Positions 26,086-38,641 of a stretch of DNA of 64,000 nucleotides are shown one piece after another. The notes below the pieces were generated by a model. The model had not been told where the DNA came from. It did not search any database and worked only from the letters and a program-made list of their open reading frames with translations. Source of the DNA: Malacoraja senta (taxonomy: Eukaryota). Position 1 is the first letter of the stretch. Each line of letters starts with the position of its first letter. The position numbers and the translations under genes were made by a program. Where the stretch lies: positions 1,054,001 through 1,118,000 of the forward strand of contig CM075990.1 in the NCBI GenBank assembly GCA_038087875.1. Reading direction: 5' to 3'.

Positions 26086-26879
26086 GTTGCTGTTGCAGGC
26101 ACCGTGTCTCTTCTCGAGGGCCGCTGAGAGCTGGCCAGGGAAATCCACTTTTGAGCAATTTTGTCTGTGCTTGTGTCTGTTTGTTGCAAGAGCCGATTGC
26201 ACTCGGTGGGTCGCCTGTATCATCCACGCTGTATCTTGAACTGAACATTTAATTGTCATATTTTTCTTATTATTTAAAATACTTCACCTTTCCTAATTTT
26301 GGTTGTTATATGCAATTTGTTTGATGCCGAATAAGACATTCTGAATTCTTTCTTGGATTTATTTTTTTAATGTCACTGAGCAATTTTTAATTTTTTTAAA
26401 AACTTACTCAAAATGGCTGCTAAAGTGAACACAGTGGTGAGGGAGATTAGATCCTCTGACAGCTTCCAGTAGCTCACCTTGATTGTTAAAGAGCAAATGG
26501 GGAAGAAGGCTTCTTCAAAGATGATGCATGAAAGTAACTTGGTTCCAATTGAAGATAGACACAAAAAGCTGGAGTAAATCAACGGGACCGGCAGCATCTC
26601 TGGAGAGAAGGAATGGGTGATGTTTTGGGTCGACGCCCTTCTTCAGACTGATGTCAGGGGAGCGGCAGATGCATGGATAAGGAAGTGTATGATGTGAAAA
26701 TAGTTCAAAGGAAATGGAGTTCAAGGAAAATGTAGAATAGATCATTGTTAGCTGGGAGAAGATAACAGCAACAAAGCAAACAGAGATAAAATGTAGTCGG
26801 TTCCAATCATTACGTTCAGTGCTTCTGATTCTCTGAGGCTTACTGTGTAAGATTTAGGTTAGATAACAAAATATTAAGG

Positions 26880-27170
26880 CGGCAAAGTGCCCCCAAGGTA
26901 TTTTAGCAATAGAGATGTTGCCTAAGAGGGCCAAAGTCCCGGGTTTGATCCTGACTGGGTGCTGTCTGTGCGGAGTTTGTACATTTTCCCTGTGACTGCG
27001 TGGGTTTTCTCTGGGTGCTCCAGTTTCACTCCCAACATCAAAGATGTGCAAGTTTGTAGGTTAATTGGCTTCTGTAAATTGTCCCTAATGTGTAGGATAG
27101 AGGTAGTTTACAGGCGCGGACTCGGTGGGTCGCCTGTATCATCCACGCTGTATCTTGAACTGAACATTTA
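26880..27170 (+). mobile_element. V-SINE
   Basis: family consensus. Confidence 0.8.
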
Positions 27171-27417
27171 AATTGTCATATTTTTCTTATTATTTAAAAT
27201 ACTACCTTTCCTAATTTTGGTTGTAATATGCAATTTGTTTGATGCCGAATAAGACATTCTGAATTCTTTCTTGGATTTATTTTTTTAATGTCACTGAGCA
27301 ATTTTTTATTTTTTTCAAATTTTGATTTTGTCTATTTTGTCAAACAATAACACACTGTCTAGATAAACAATGATAAAATTGAAATTACTGAAGCAAATGG
27401 AACAGTAAACCACAGGA

Positions 27418-27574
27418 TCGACACAAAAAGAGTCCCCTGACTCAGACTGGAGAAGGGTCTCATCCCAAAATGTTACCTATTAATTTTCTACAGAGATGCT
27501 GTCTGACCCGCTGAGTTACTCTAGCTTTTTGTGTCTATCTTTGGTTTAAACCAGCATCTGCATTTCCTTCCTAC
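27418..27574 (+). mobile_element. Penelope-derived pLTR insert with 16-bp TSD
   Basis: TSD ACAGTAAACCACAGGA (27402-17 and 27575-90). Confidence 0.83.
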
Positions 27575-27719
27575 ACAGTAAACCACAGGAACAGGCCCTT
27601 CAGCAAACCGAAGAGGTTCCTGACCCGAATTGTCACCTGTCCATTTTCTTCAGAGATGCTGCCTGATCTGCTGAGTTAGTCCAGCATTTTGTGTTTATCC
27701 AAGTTTGTCCAACATCTCT

Positions 27720-28450
27720 TTATAGCTAATGCCCTTGAAAGGAGGCAGCAACCTGGTAAACCTCTTCAAAATCCTCTCCAAAGCTTCCACATCCTTCCTG
27801 TAATGGGGCAATCAGAACTGCACACAATACTCCAAATGCAGCCTATCCAAAGTTTTATAAAAGTGCAACATGACTTCCTGACTTGTACTCAATGCTTCGA
27901 CCGATGGAGGCGAGCATTACCATATGACTTCTTCATCACTCCATCTACTTGTGCACTTACTTTCAGGGATATTAAGATCCCTATGCACATCAATACTATT
28001 AAGGGTCCAGCCCTTAACTATATACTTTCCCATTGCAAATTCACGTGCAACAACTCAAACCTGCTCAGATTAAACTCTATCTGCCATTTTTTGTTCATAT
28101 TTGTAATTGTTCTTTCCTGCAGTATCCTTTGATGTTCTGTATCCTGCAGTATCATGTATGCAACTCCACCAATTTTTGTTTCATGTGCAAACTTACTAAC
28201 CAGCCAATCTCCGTTTGTCATTTTTATATATCATAAACAATGGAGGTCCCAACACTGATCCCTGTGGGACACCACTGGTCACGGTGCCCCAGCCAGAATT
28301 ATACCCTTCCACCAGTGCCCTCTGTCTTTAGGGTAAGCCAATTCTGAATCTAAATTACTAAGTCACCGTGCACCCTAATCTTCTGGATCAGCCTACCATG
28401 AGGAATCTTGTTAAATATCTTAGTAGAATCCATGTAGACAACACCCACTG
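27720..28450 (-). mobile_element. Degenerate CR1 RT fragment
   Basis: [11 protein letters not shown] remnant near 28245-28280; SKFAHETKIGG. Confidence 0.72.
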
Positions 28451-28454
28451 TGGG

Positions 28455-28738
28455 AAGCACGATGGCGTAGCGGTGGAGTTGCTGCCTTACAGCACCAGAG
28501 ACCTGGGTTTGATCCTGACTATAGGTGCTGTCTGTACAGAGTATGTACGTTCTCCTCATAATCACGTGGATTTTTCCCACTGCTCCGGTTTCCTCGCACA
28601 CTCCAAAGACGTACAGGTTTGTAGGTTAATTTGGCCTTGGTAAAGTTTTAAAAAATTGTCCCTAGTGTGTAGGATAGGCGATTGCAGGTCGGCGTGGACT
28701 CAGTGGGCCGATGGGCCTGTTTACGTGCTTTATCTAAA
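28455..28738 (+). mobile_element. V-SINE inserted in a CR1 fragment
   Basis: family consensus. Confidence 0.82.
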
Positions 28739-29979
28739 CACTGCCCACCCTCATCAATCGCCAGTCTCCTCATAAAACCTCCTCAAAACGAATCCCACCT
28801 GACCCAGGGGACTGATCCAACTTAATTTTGTTCAAAAGACCCAACAGCATCTCCTTATTAATCTCAAATTACCCCTGCATATTAATACACCTTGCTCATG
28901 ATCCTCTATGCCCTTGTTGATGAATACCAATGCAAAACACTCATCCAAAACATTCAGCCCAGGTCCTCTGGCACCAATAATAAATTATCTCCTCTATCCT
29001 TGAATGACACCCTCTCACGAGTCGCCCTCTTGATTTTAATGTGTGTAATAGAAGCCTTGGGATGCACTAAAGTTGTTCAATAACTTTCACTTTATACACT
29101 GAAGTGTTCCTGATGGCTTAATGACTTGTTTCCAGTGAGTAGCTTAGCTGGGTAAATCACGGTGGTCCAGGTTCAAGCCAATCTTGTACGAAGTTGGTTG
29201 ATCTCAGCCTAAGCAGCTGTTATGCGACTGTAGATGACTTTGGTGTTTTGTTACAGAAAAGAAAGATGTCAAAATTCCAATCTGATTGAAATCGTAGTTC
29301 ATTATAGCACACAGGGAGGTCATTTAGCCCATTATACTTATCTGCTTCTGATCAGAGCGACCCTTTCAATATTTCCCTCCTCCCCCCCCCCTCCCCTTTC
29401 ATTCTTCAGACATCGACATTATTTTCCTTCAATTGCTTATCCAATTCCTGTTTGATTCTATAGAAACTGGTTCTGATTCTGTACAAGGAACTGCAAATGC
29501 TGGTTTACAAAAGAAGACACAGAGTGCTGGACTAGCTCACTGGATCCGACAGCATCTCGTATGAACACAGATAGGTGCCATTTTGGGTCGGGGAACCTCT
29601 TTGTCCCGACTTGAATCGTTGCCGAGCCATGCTCTCCCGAGTTGCTGCAAGATCTGCTGAGCGACTCCAGCACTTTGTGTCTTCTCCAGCTTGATTCTAT
29701 TCCTTTCACCCTTTCAGGCAGTGTTAAAACTTCCTGACTGCTGCCTGTGTAAATCAACGCCTGCATTTACCTCATCTTTTGTCCAAAACTTAAAACTGTG
29801 TTCCCTGATCCTTGAACTGCCAAATGATTGGAACATCATTTTATATTGTGTGTAAACCAGTTATGATCTTGTATGATTCTATTAAATCAGATTGTCATCC
29901 TGTCATGTACTGGAGTGAGATCTGGGCATAGGTGGCTTCCTGTATTAAATATAGTAACTTTCACTGTTGAGCTAATTTG

Positions 29980-30288
29980 TTTTTAGTTTAGTTTAGAGAT
30001 ATAGTGCGGAAACCGGTCCCTCTGCCTACTGGGTCTGCGCTGACCAGCGATCCCCGCACACGAGCACTATCCTGCACACACTACGGACAATTTACACTTA
30101 TACCAAGCTAATTAACCTACAAACCTGCACGTCTTTGGAATGTGGGAGGAAACCGGAGCACCCGGAGAAAACCCACGAAGGTCATGCGGAGAATGTATAT
30201 ACTCCATAGAGACAGCACCCAGAGTCAGGATCGAACCAGGGTCCCTGGCGCTGTCAGGCAGCAACTCTACCGCTGTGCCACGGTGCCA
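29980..30288 (-). mobile_element. V-SINE
   Basis: family consensus. Confidence 0.85.
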
Positions 30289-30621
30289 CTAATGGTGAAG
30301 ACTGTCTGCTTAGTATGCAGTAGGCTTACTTTACCATTGATTTTCCTGTAGTTATACTAAGAAATGCATTTGTACAAAGAATGCTATTTTTATGATACAT
30401 TTTGTGTCCTATGCATAAGTCTAATCATTTGCAACCTGTGGGTTAATACAAGCAGACGTGACATGAAATTGCAGAAAGATTTTGTTACATCAAAAGAATG
30501 TCAATGGTTTCATATTTTTAAAGGCAACCTATGATTCTATGAAAAACTCATTGACTTTCAAATGTCTTTACATTTTTAGTTCCTGTCTTCTTTTCTGATT
30601 GTTTTTCTTTTTCTTTTGCAG

Positions 30622-30716
30622 GAGAGGATCTATGCTAAGTACAGCCATATTTGTGTTTGCTGCAACATCACCGCTGAATGGCTATTTTGGAGGTAGTCTG
30701 TATGCTCGACAAGGAG
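30622..30716 (+). CDS. TM9SF3: TM9SF3 exon 8 equivalent
   Basis: long polypyrimidine tract, gcag|...|gtaggt, 95 nt; [31 protein letters not shown]. Confidence 0.96.
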
Positions 30717-31164
30717 GTAGGTTTTATACTCTATTTTTGCAATTTCACAGTTTTGTTTTTGTGTGAGAGGATGCATTTGCATTTCATCAATGAGCAATGT
30801 TAAGAAGTGAATCAAAACAGTGAATTAACTGATGAAGTTATTCTGATGAAGGGTCTCGTCCCAAAATGTCACCACCTCCTTTTCCCCAGAGATGTTGCCT
30901 GGCCTATTGAGCATATGTGTCTATCTCTGTGAATTAACAAACTCCCTTTATCCATTCAAGTTTTTTTTTACTGCTGTGCATATCATTCTTGGTCCTCGCT
31001 TTGTTTTCCAAATTGAAACTCCCCTCTCTTTCATTGCTCGTTGGCAATTATTCTGCACCCCAAATATTAGTTAGTTTTAGTGTGCCTTCCTATGTCAAAC
31101 TCAAGAATACAAAATAGCTCCTCTCAACAATCTTTAATAGATTGAAACAGCGTTGAAGCAGGCC

Positions 31165-31960
31165 CCTTGGCTGATCACCAACTGATCATCACCTTCCTGA
31201 CAGACAGGCTGGGAAAGTACATCTCGGACCCGCAGACCTCAGCATATGAACATCGCAAGGCTGCGTACTCTCCCCTCTTCTTTACTCTCTCTACACCAAC
31301 GACTGCACCTCCACAGACTCCTCTGTCAAGCTTCTTAAGTTTTCGGACGACACAACCCTGATTGGACTGAAGGTAGACAAAAGTGCTGGAGAGACTCAGC
31401 CGGGTGAGGCAGCATCTATGGAGCGAAGGAAATAGGCAACGTTTCGGGCCGAAACCCTTCTTCAGACTGATGTGAGGGTGGGGGGGGGGGAAGAAGAAAG
31501 GAAGAGGTGGAGCCAGTGGGCTGAGGGAGAGCTGAGAAGGGGAAGAGAAAGTAAGGACTACCTGAAATTAGTGGTCAATGTTCATACCGCTGGGATGCAA
31601 ACTGATTGGACTGATCCAGGATGGGGAGAAATCTGCCTACAGACTGGAAGTGACACAGCTGGCGTCCTGGTGCCGTAGCAACAACCTAGAACTCGATGCT
31701 CTTAAGACAGTGGAATTGGTAGTAGACTTTAGGAGAGTTCCACCTCACCATCAATAACCACCCCACTCACCATCAATAACACCACAGTCACATCTCTGGA
31801 GTCTTTTAAGTTCCTGGGAACCATCTCCAAGGACCTTAAATAGGGGCACCATCGACTCCACAATCAAAAAGGCCCAACAGAGGATGTACTTCCTGCGGCA
31901 GCTGAGGGAACACAATCTGCCACAGGCAATGATGGTCCAATTCTATACTGTCATCGTAGA
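31165..31960 (+). mobile_element. Rex1/Babar-like LINE RT fragment interrupted by a Penelope end
   Basis: degenerate SPLLFTLYTNDC...KFSDDTTL...FKFLG...KKAQQRMYFLRQL. Confidence 0.8.
31371..31601 (-). mobile_element. Penelope 3' end with 13-bp TSD
   Basis: TSD CTGATTGGACTGA (31358-70 and 31602-14). Confidence 0.85.
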
Positions 31961-31962
31961 AT

Positions 31963-33531
31963 GACAAAGACACATCATTTATTTATTTGCCTCTGTACTC
32001 CATAATTTGAGATTTGTAATAGTAAAAAATCACATGTGGTTAAAGTGCACATTGTCCGATTTTAGTAAATTAAACATTTTGCTTTCACCATGTAGAAATT
32101 ACAGCAGTGTTTATACATAGTCCCCCTCCCCCCATTTCAGGGCACCATAATGTTTGGGACACAGCAATGTCATGTCAATGAAAGTAGTCATGTTTAGTAT
32201 TTTGTTGCATATCCTCTGCATGCAATGACTTACTGGTCTGCAATTCATGGACATCGTCAGTTGCTGGTGATGCTCTGCCAGAACTGTATTGCAGCCATCT
32301 TTAACTTATGCTTGTTTTGGGGGTTAGTTCCCTTCAGTTTTCTCTTCAGCATATAAAAGGCATGTTCAATTGGGTTCAGATCGGGTGATTGACTTGGCCA
32401 CTCAAGAATTGACAATTTTTTAGCTTTGAAAAACTCCTTCGTTGCTTTAGCAGTATATTTGGGATCATTGTCTTGCTGCATAATGTACTGCCGGCCAATG
32501 AGTTTTGAGGCATTTGTTTTAACTTGAGCAGATAGGATGTGTTTATACACTTCAGAATTCATTATGCTACTACCATCAGCAGTTGTATCATCAGTGAAGA
32601 CAAGTGAGCCAGTACCTTCAGCACCCATACATGCCCAGGCCATAACACCACCACCACTGTGTTTCACAGATGAGGTGGTGTGCTTTGGATCTTGGGCAGT
32701 TCCTTCTCTCCTCCATACTTTGCTCTTGCCATCACTCTGATATAAGTTCATCTTCGTCTCATCTGTCCACAAGACCTTTTTCCAGAACTATGGTTGCTCT
32801 TTTAAGTACTTCTTGGCAAACTGTAACCTGGCCATCGTATTTTTGCGGCTAACCAGTGGTTTACATCTTGCAGTGTAGCCTCTGTATATCTGTTCATGAA
32901 GTCTTCTGCGGACAGTGGTCATTGACAAATCCACACCTGACTCCTGAAGTGTGTTTCTGATCTGTTGGACAGGTGTTTGGGGATTTTTCTTTGTTATAGA
33001 GAGAATTCTTCTGTTATCAGCTGTGGAAGTTTTCCTTGGCCTGCCAGTCCCTTTGCGATTAGTAAGCTCACCAGTACTCTCTTCTTAATGATGTTCAAAA
33101 CAGTTGATTTTGGTAAGCTTAAGGTTTGGCTGATGTCTCTAACAGTTGTAATCTTGTTTCTCTGTATCATAATGTTGATAAACAGCAATAAAAGTTTCCA
33201 AAGATGATGGAAAGACTGGAGGAAAGACTTGGTGCTGAGAGCTCTCTTATACCTGCATTAAGGAGGCATTTAAACACTGCTGAGCAATTACAAACACCTG
33301 TGAAGCCATGTGTCCCCAACATTATGGTGCCCTGAAATGGGTGGACTATGTATAAACACTGCTGTAATTTCTACATGGTGAAACCAAAATGTATAAAAAT
33401 ACTCTTTCATAAAATCTGACAATGTGCACTTTAACCACGTGATTTTTTTCTATTACAAATCTCAAATTGTGGAATACAGAGGCAAATAAATAAATGATGG
33501 GTCTTTGTCCCAAACATTATTGAGGGCACTG
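31963..33531 (-). mobile_element. Tc1 family-2 copy lacking about 20 bp of the left ITR tip
   Basis: ORF 32257-32772 WTDETK...QQDNDPK...SPDLNPIE; right end GAGGGCACTG|TA. Confidence 0.92.
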
Positions 33532-34245
33532 TATTTTTTGTAGAGTTAAATGTGCTGCCCCATCCTTCCTATAGTGTGGTGCTTTTATTTTCTATATACA
33601 AGGTAACTATAACTAGAGGATGATTGGAATTTATAATGCGCGTTTGAGAGTGTGAGGGAGGCTGTAACTCACTGCACACAAGAAGTATCTAGACGAGCAC
33701 TTGAATTATTAAGGCATAGAATACCATGCACTGTGCTGGCAATTGGAATTAGTTTGTGTGGGTACTTGATGGTCAATATGGACAAGGTGGACTAAAGGGC
33801 TTGCTTCTGTACTGCAAAATACTAACTCTATACTGTGCAGAAGCTAATGAAGGATGATCCCTTCCACCTCCTTTACCACCATATCTACCTGTACAACCAT
33901 CTTCAAGGGACCTTGCACACCAAGTCCATCTGTTCCTCTGTTCTGCCCAGGGCCTACCATTCTTTATGTTTGTCCTACCTTCATTCATCATCTCAAGTAC
34001 ATTGCACTTCTCTCCCCAGTTTATCAATTGTCAATATCCTGTAATACAAGACTATCCTCCTTGCCATCGATAATGTTAATTTTCGTGTTGGTCATGGACA
34101 TAGGAAACTGGCAAACCAATGCGTGCTGGCCATGAAGTCCCATTTACGGAAGTCCAATTTGCCTGCATTTGGCTCATATCCCTTTAAACCTATCATATCC
34201 ATGTGCCTGTCCAAGTGTCTATTAAATGCTATTATAGTACCTTCT

Positions 34246-36430
34246 TAGACAATAGACAATAGGTGCAGGAGTAGGCCATTCGGCCCTTCGAACCAGCACC
34301 GCCAGTCAATGTGATCATGGCTGCTCATCCCCAATCAGTACCCCGTTCCTGCCTTCTCCCCATATCCCCTATCTTTAAGAGCCCTACCTAGCTCTCTCTT
34401 GAAAGTATCCAGAGAACCGGCCTCCACTGCCCTCCGAGGCAGAGAATTCCACAGACTCACAACTCTCTGTGAGAAAAAGTGTTTCCTCATCTCTGTTCTA
34501 AATGGCTTGCCCCTTATTCTTGAACTGTGGACCCTGGTTCTGGACTCCCCCAACATCGGGAACAGGTTTCTTGCCTCTAGCGTGTCCAAACCCTTAACAA
34601 CCTTATGTTGCAATAAGATACCCTCTCATCCTTCTAAACTCCAGAGTGTACAAGCCCAGCCCATTCTCTCAGCATATGACAGTCCCGCCATCCCGGGAAT
34701 TAACCTTGTAAACCTACGCTGCACTCCCTCAATGGCAAGAATGTCCTTCCTCAAATTAGGGGACCAAAACTGCACACAATACTCTAGGTGTGGTCTCATT
34801 AGGGCTCTGTGCAACTGCAGAAGGACCTCTTTGCTCCAATACTCGACTCTTGTTATAAAGGCCAACATGCCATTTGCTTTCTTCACTGCCTGCTGTACCT
34901 GCATGCGTACTTTCATTGACTGATGAACAAGGACCCCCAGATCCCGTTGCACTTCCTCTTTTCCCAACGTCGCCATTTAGATAGTAATCTGCCTTCCTGT
35001 ATTTTATACCAAAGTGGATAACCTCAAATTTATCCACATTAAACTTCATCTGCCATGCTTCTGCCCACTCCCCCAACCTGTCCAAGTCACCCTGCATTCT
35101 CATAGCATCCTCACAGTTCACACTGCCACCCAGCTTTGTGTCATTTGCAAATTTGCTAATGCTACTTTGTATCCCTTCATCCAAATCATTGTTGTATATT
35201 GTAAATAGCTGCGGTCCCAACACCGAGCCTTGCGGTACCCCACTAGTCACTGCCTGCCATTCTGAAAGGGACCCGTTAATCCCTACTCTTTGTTTCCTGT
35301 CTGCCAACCAATTTTCTATCCATGTCAGCACTCTACCCCCAATACCATGTGCCCTAATTTTGCCCACTAATCTCCTATGTGGAACCTTATCAAATGCTCT
35401 CTGAAAGTCCAGGTACACTACATCCACTGACTCTCCCTTGTCCATTTTCCTAGTAACATCCTCAAAAAATTCCAGAAGATTAGTCAAGCATGATTTCCCC
35501 TTCGTAAATCCATGCTGACTCGGACCGATCCTGTTACTGCTATCCAAATGTGTGGCTATTTCATCTTTTATAATTGATTCCAGCATCTTCTCCACCACCG
35601 ATGTCAGGCTAACTGGTCTATAATTCCCTGTTTTCTCTCTCCCGCCTTTCTTAAAAAGTGGGATAACATTAGCTACCATCCAATCTACAGGAACTGATCC
35701 TGAGTCTATAGAACATTGGAAAATTATCACCAATGCATCCACGATTTCTAGAGCCACTTCCTTAAGTACCCTGGGATGGAGACCATCAGGCCCTGGGGAT
35801 TTATCAGCCTTCAGTCCCATCAGTCTATCCAACACCATTTCCTGCCTAATGTGGATTTCCTTCAGTTCCTCTGTCACCCCAGATCCTCTGGCCACTACTG
35901 TATCAGGAAGATTGTTTGTGTCCTCCCTAGTGAAGACGGATCCAAAGTACCTGTTCAACTCATCTGCCATTTCCTTGTTCCCCATAATAAATTCACCTTT
36001 TTTCGGTTTTCAAGGGTCCAACTTTGGTCTTTACTAATTTTTTCCTCTTTACATACCTAAAGAAGCTTTTACTATCCTGCTTTATATTCTTGCTTTATCC
36101 TGCTTTATATCCTCCGTTATATTCGTGGCTAGCTTACCTTCATACCTCATCGTTTCTCCCCGTATTATCTTTTTAGTTATCTTCTGTTGCTCTTTAAACA
36201 TTACCCAATCCTCTTGCTTTCCGCTCATCTTTGCTACGTTGTACTTCTTCTCTTTTATTTTTATACTGTCCCTGACATCCCTTGTCAGCCACGGTCGCCC
36301 CTTACACCCCTTGGAATCATTCTTCCTCCAGGAATGAACTGATCCTGCACCTTCTGTATTATTCCTAGAAATACCTGCCATTGTTGTTCCACTGTCATCC
36401 CTGCTAGGGTATCTGTCCAGTCAACTCTGA
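34246..36430 (-). mobile_element. CR1 (HER1-like) LINE, 5'-truncated, young
   Basis: 409-aa RT ORF 34756-35985 plus further fragments; tail (TAGACAA)n at the left end. Confidence 0.95.
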
Positions 36431-36854
36431 GAGCTCGTTTCATATACCCACCACCCTCTGAAAATGTTGCTCCTCAGTTTATATCTTGTCACTCACATCT
36501 TAATCCTGTGTCCTCTGGTTCTTGATTCACTTCTGCTGGGCAAAAAACTCTCTGCATTCATCCTATCTATTCCCCCTGATGATTTTTTTACACCTCTATA
36601 AGATCGCCCTTATCCTCCTGTGCTCCAAGGAATAAAGACCTCGCCTGCCCAACCTCTCCCTGTAGCTCAGACCCTTAAGTCCTGGCAGCATTCTCGAAAA
36701 TATTCTCTGCACTTGTTCCAGCTTAATGACATCCTTCCTGTAGCAGGGTGTTGGAATGTGCTATTTAATAACACAGTGTCCGGTGGCAGGTTTCAAGGCT
36801 TCTTTATTTGCAGTTTACAGCTGTTAATATTCAGAGACGAATCCTACATTATGC

Positions 36855-37165
36855 TAGTTTAGTTTGGTTTAGTTTAGAGATACAGGGCGGAAACAGCCCC
36901 TGTTGCCCACCGCGTTCATACCGACCAGCGGTTCCGGCATATTAACACTATCCTACACATGCTAAGGACAATTTACACTTATATCAAGCCAATTAACCTA
37001 GAAACTTGTACATCTTTTGATGGTGTGGGAGGAATCGGAGCACCTGGAGAAAACCCACGCTGTCACAAGGAGAACGTACAAACTCCATACAGACAGCACC
37101 CGTAGTCGGGATCGAACCCGGGTCTCTGGCGCTGTGAGGCAGCAACTCTACCGCTGTGCCACTGT
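36855..37165 (-). mobile_element. V-SINE
   Basis: family consensus. Confidence 0.85.
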
Positions 37166-37309
37166 TGCTCCAGCACATGCGGCGTCAGACACACTAACCA
37201 CCTCCCCCACACTACCCCCCTTGATATTATATTAATATTATTCATTTGCTCCTTTTACCCCATACCCGCCCTATCCACTGACGCATAGCCCCCAACTCGC
37301 AGGCGTGTC

Positions 37310-37660
37310 TAGAGAGGGCGGGGTGGTAGAGAGTGAGGGCAGAGAGAGAAGGGGGAGAGACAGAGGGAGAGGGGGGTGGAGAGGAGGGGGGGAGGAGAGG
37401 GAGTGTGTGTGGGGGGAGGGTAGGAGAGAGGGGGAGAGGAGGGGAGAGAGAGGGGGGGGAGGAAGGGAAGGGGAGAGGGGAGGGGAGGGGGGTAGGGAGT
37501 TGGGAGTGGGTGGAGGGGAGGGGGAGAGGAGGAGGGGGAGAGAGAGAGGAGGGAGGAGAGAGAGAGAGAGAGGGGAGGAAGAGGAGAGAGAGAGAGAGAG
37601 GGAGGGAGAGAGAGGGGGGGGGAGAGAGAGAGAGGAGAGAGAGAGAGGAGTGGGGCGGGG
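37310..37660. repeat. Polypurine (GA/G-rich) low-complexity tract
   Basis: about 350 bp composed almost entirely of G and A. Confidence 0.9.
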
Positions 37661-37706
37661 TGGCAGCTCGCGGGGGCCTGAGCGAGGCCCGGAGCGATCT
37701 GAGGAC

Positions 37707-37743
37707 CAAAGATCCTATAGCGTGCTTTGCTATAGGATTTTTG
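37707..37743. mobile_element. 37-bp TIR-only mini element with 8-bp TSD (hAT-like)
   Basis: CTGAGGAC|CAAAGATCCTATAGC gtgcttt GCTATAGGATTTTTG|CTGAGGAC. Confidence 0.75.
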
Positions 37744-38539
37744 CTGAGGACTGCCAAAAGCTGTGGAGGATTGGGCCGGGGAGATGCAGAGGAGGTCGTC
37801 CCCTGTGACAGGTAGAGAGGAGAGGGGAAGAGGAGGGGGGGGGAGGTGGAGGAGAGCCGGGCGAGTGTGTGGGCTGCGTAAAGCAGACAGAGATAGAACC
37901 AGCCTAACTCTCTGGAAACCCGCAGCTGGAGTGAGCGGGCTGGGGAGGGGCATGGCTTCACAAGCTGCGCCGGCAGCGAGGAGAAAGCTCTTCAGCGCGT
38001 GAGCGCTGGTGAACTTTCTCGTTCTTTCTGTGCCTTTTGAAGAACGGGGGGGTGGGGTAGACTGGTAATGTAACTCGTGGAAAACTGTGCATGCGCGTTG
38101 ACAGCAGCTGCATTCATCCCGAGGGTGGGGGTGGTGGCGGCACGAGCGACGTGGGCCACGAGGAAAGGCATTGTGAGGTCAGCAGCTGGGCAGCCGTTAT
38201 ATTTTTTTATAATGTCAGTTTGGTGATACATTTTAGTAAATAACTCGTGAAATAAATAAGCTAATTTACAGAGGAGTGGATTTTTAAAATGTTAAGGTAA
38301 ATTTCTACCAGAATATGTAAAAATTTCACCGTTATTGTAACGTCAGCTGCTGGGCAGTGGTCAGATTTTAAAAAAGGTCTGATTGGTCAACAATGTTAAT
38401 AAAAAAAAGTCTGGGAATTAATTGACGGAATTTACAGAGGAGTGGATTTCTAAAATCACAAGGAAAACCACTACAGAAATATGTGAAAATGTCCCCTTCA
38501 GCACCTGTTTTTTCGAGGAGATGCGTTTCAAAGCAAAAT

Positions 38540-38555
38540 CACACACGCACGCATG

Positions 38556-38587
<32 letters not shown>

Positions 38588-38594
38588 CACACGC

Positions 38595-38638
<44 letters not shown>
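38540..38638. repeat. (CA)n microsatellite
   Basis: visible directly. Confidence 0.95.

Positions 38639-38641
<3 letters not shown>

Noticed and set aside
34399..34923. 174-aa plus-strand ORF
   Set aside because: Antisense frame of the CR1 element.
37242..38002. Long Pro/Ser/Leu-rich and Gly/Arg/Glu-rich ORFs (up to 239 aa) on both strands
   Set aside because: Artefacts of a stop-poor polypurine tract; no domain or splice signals.
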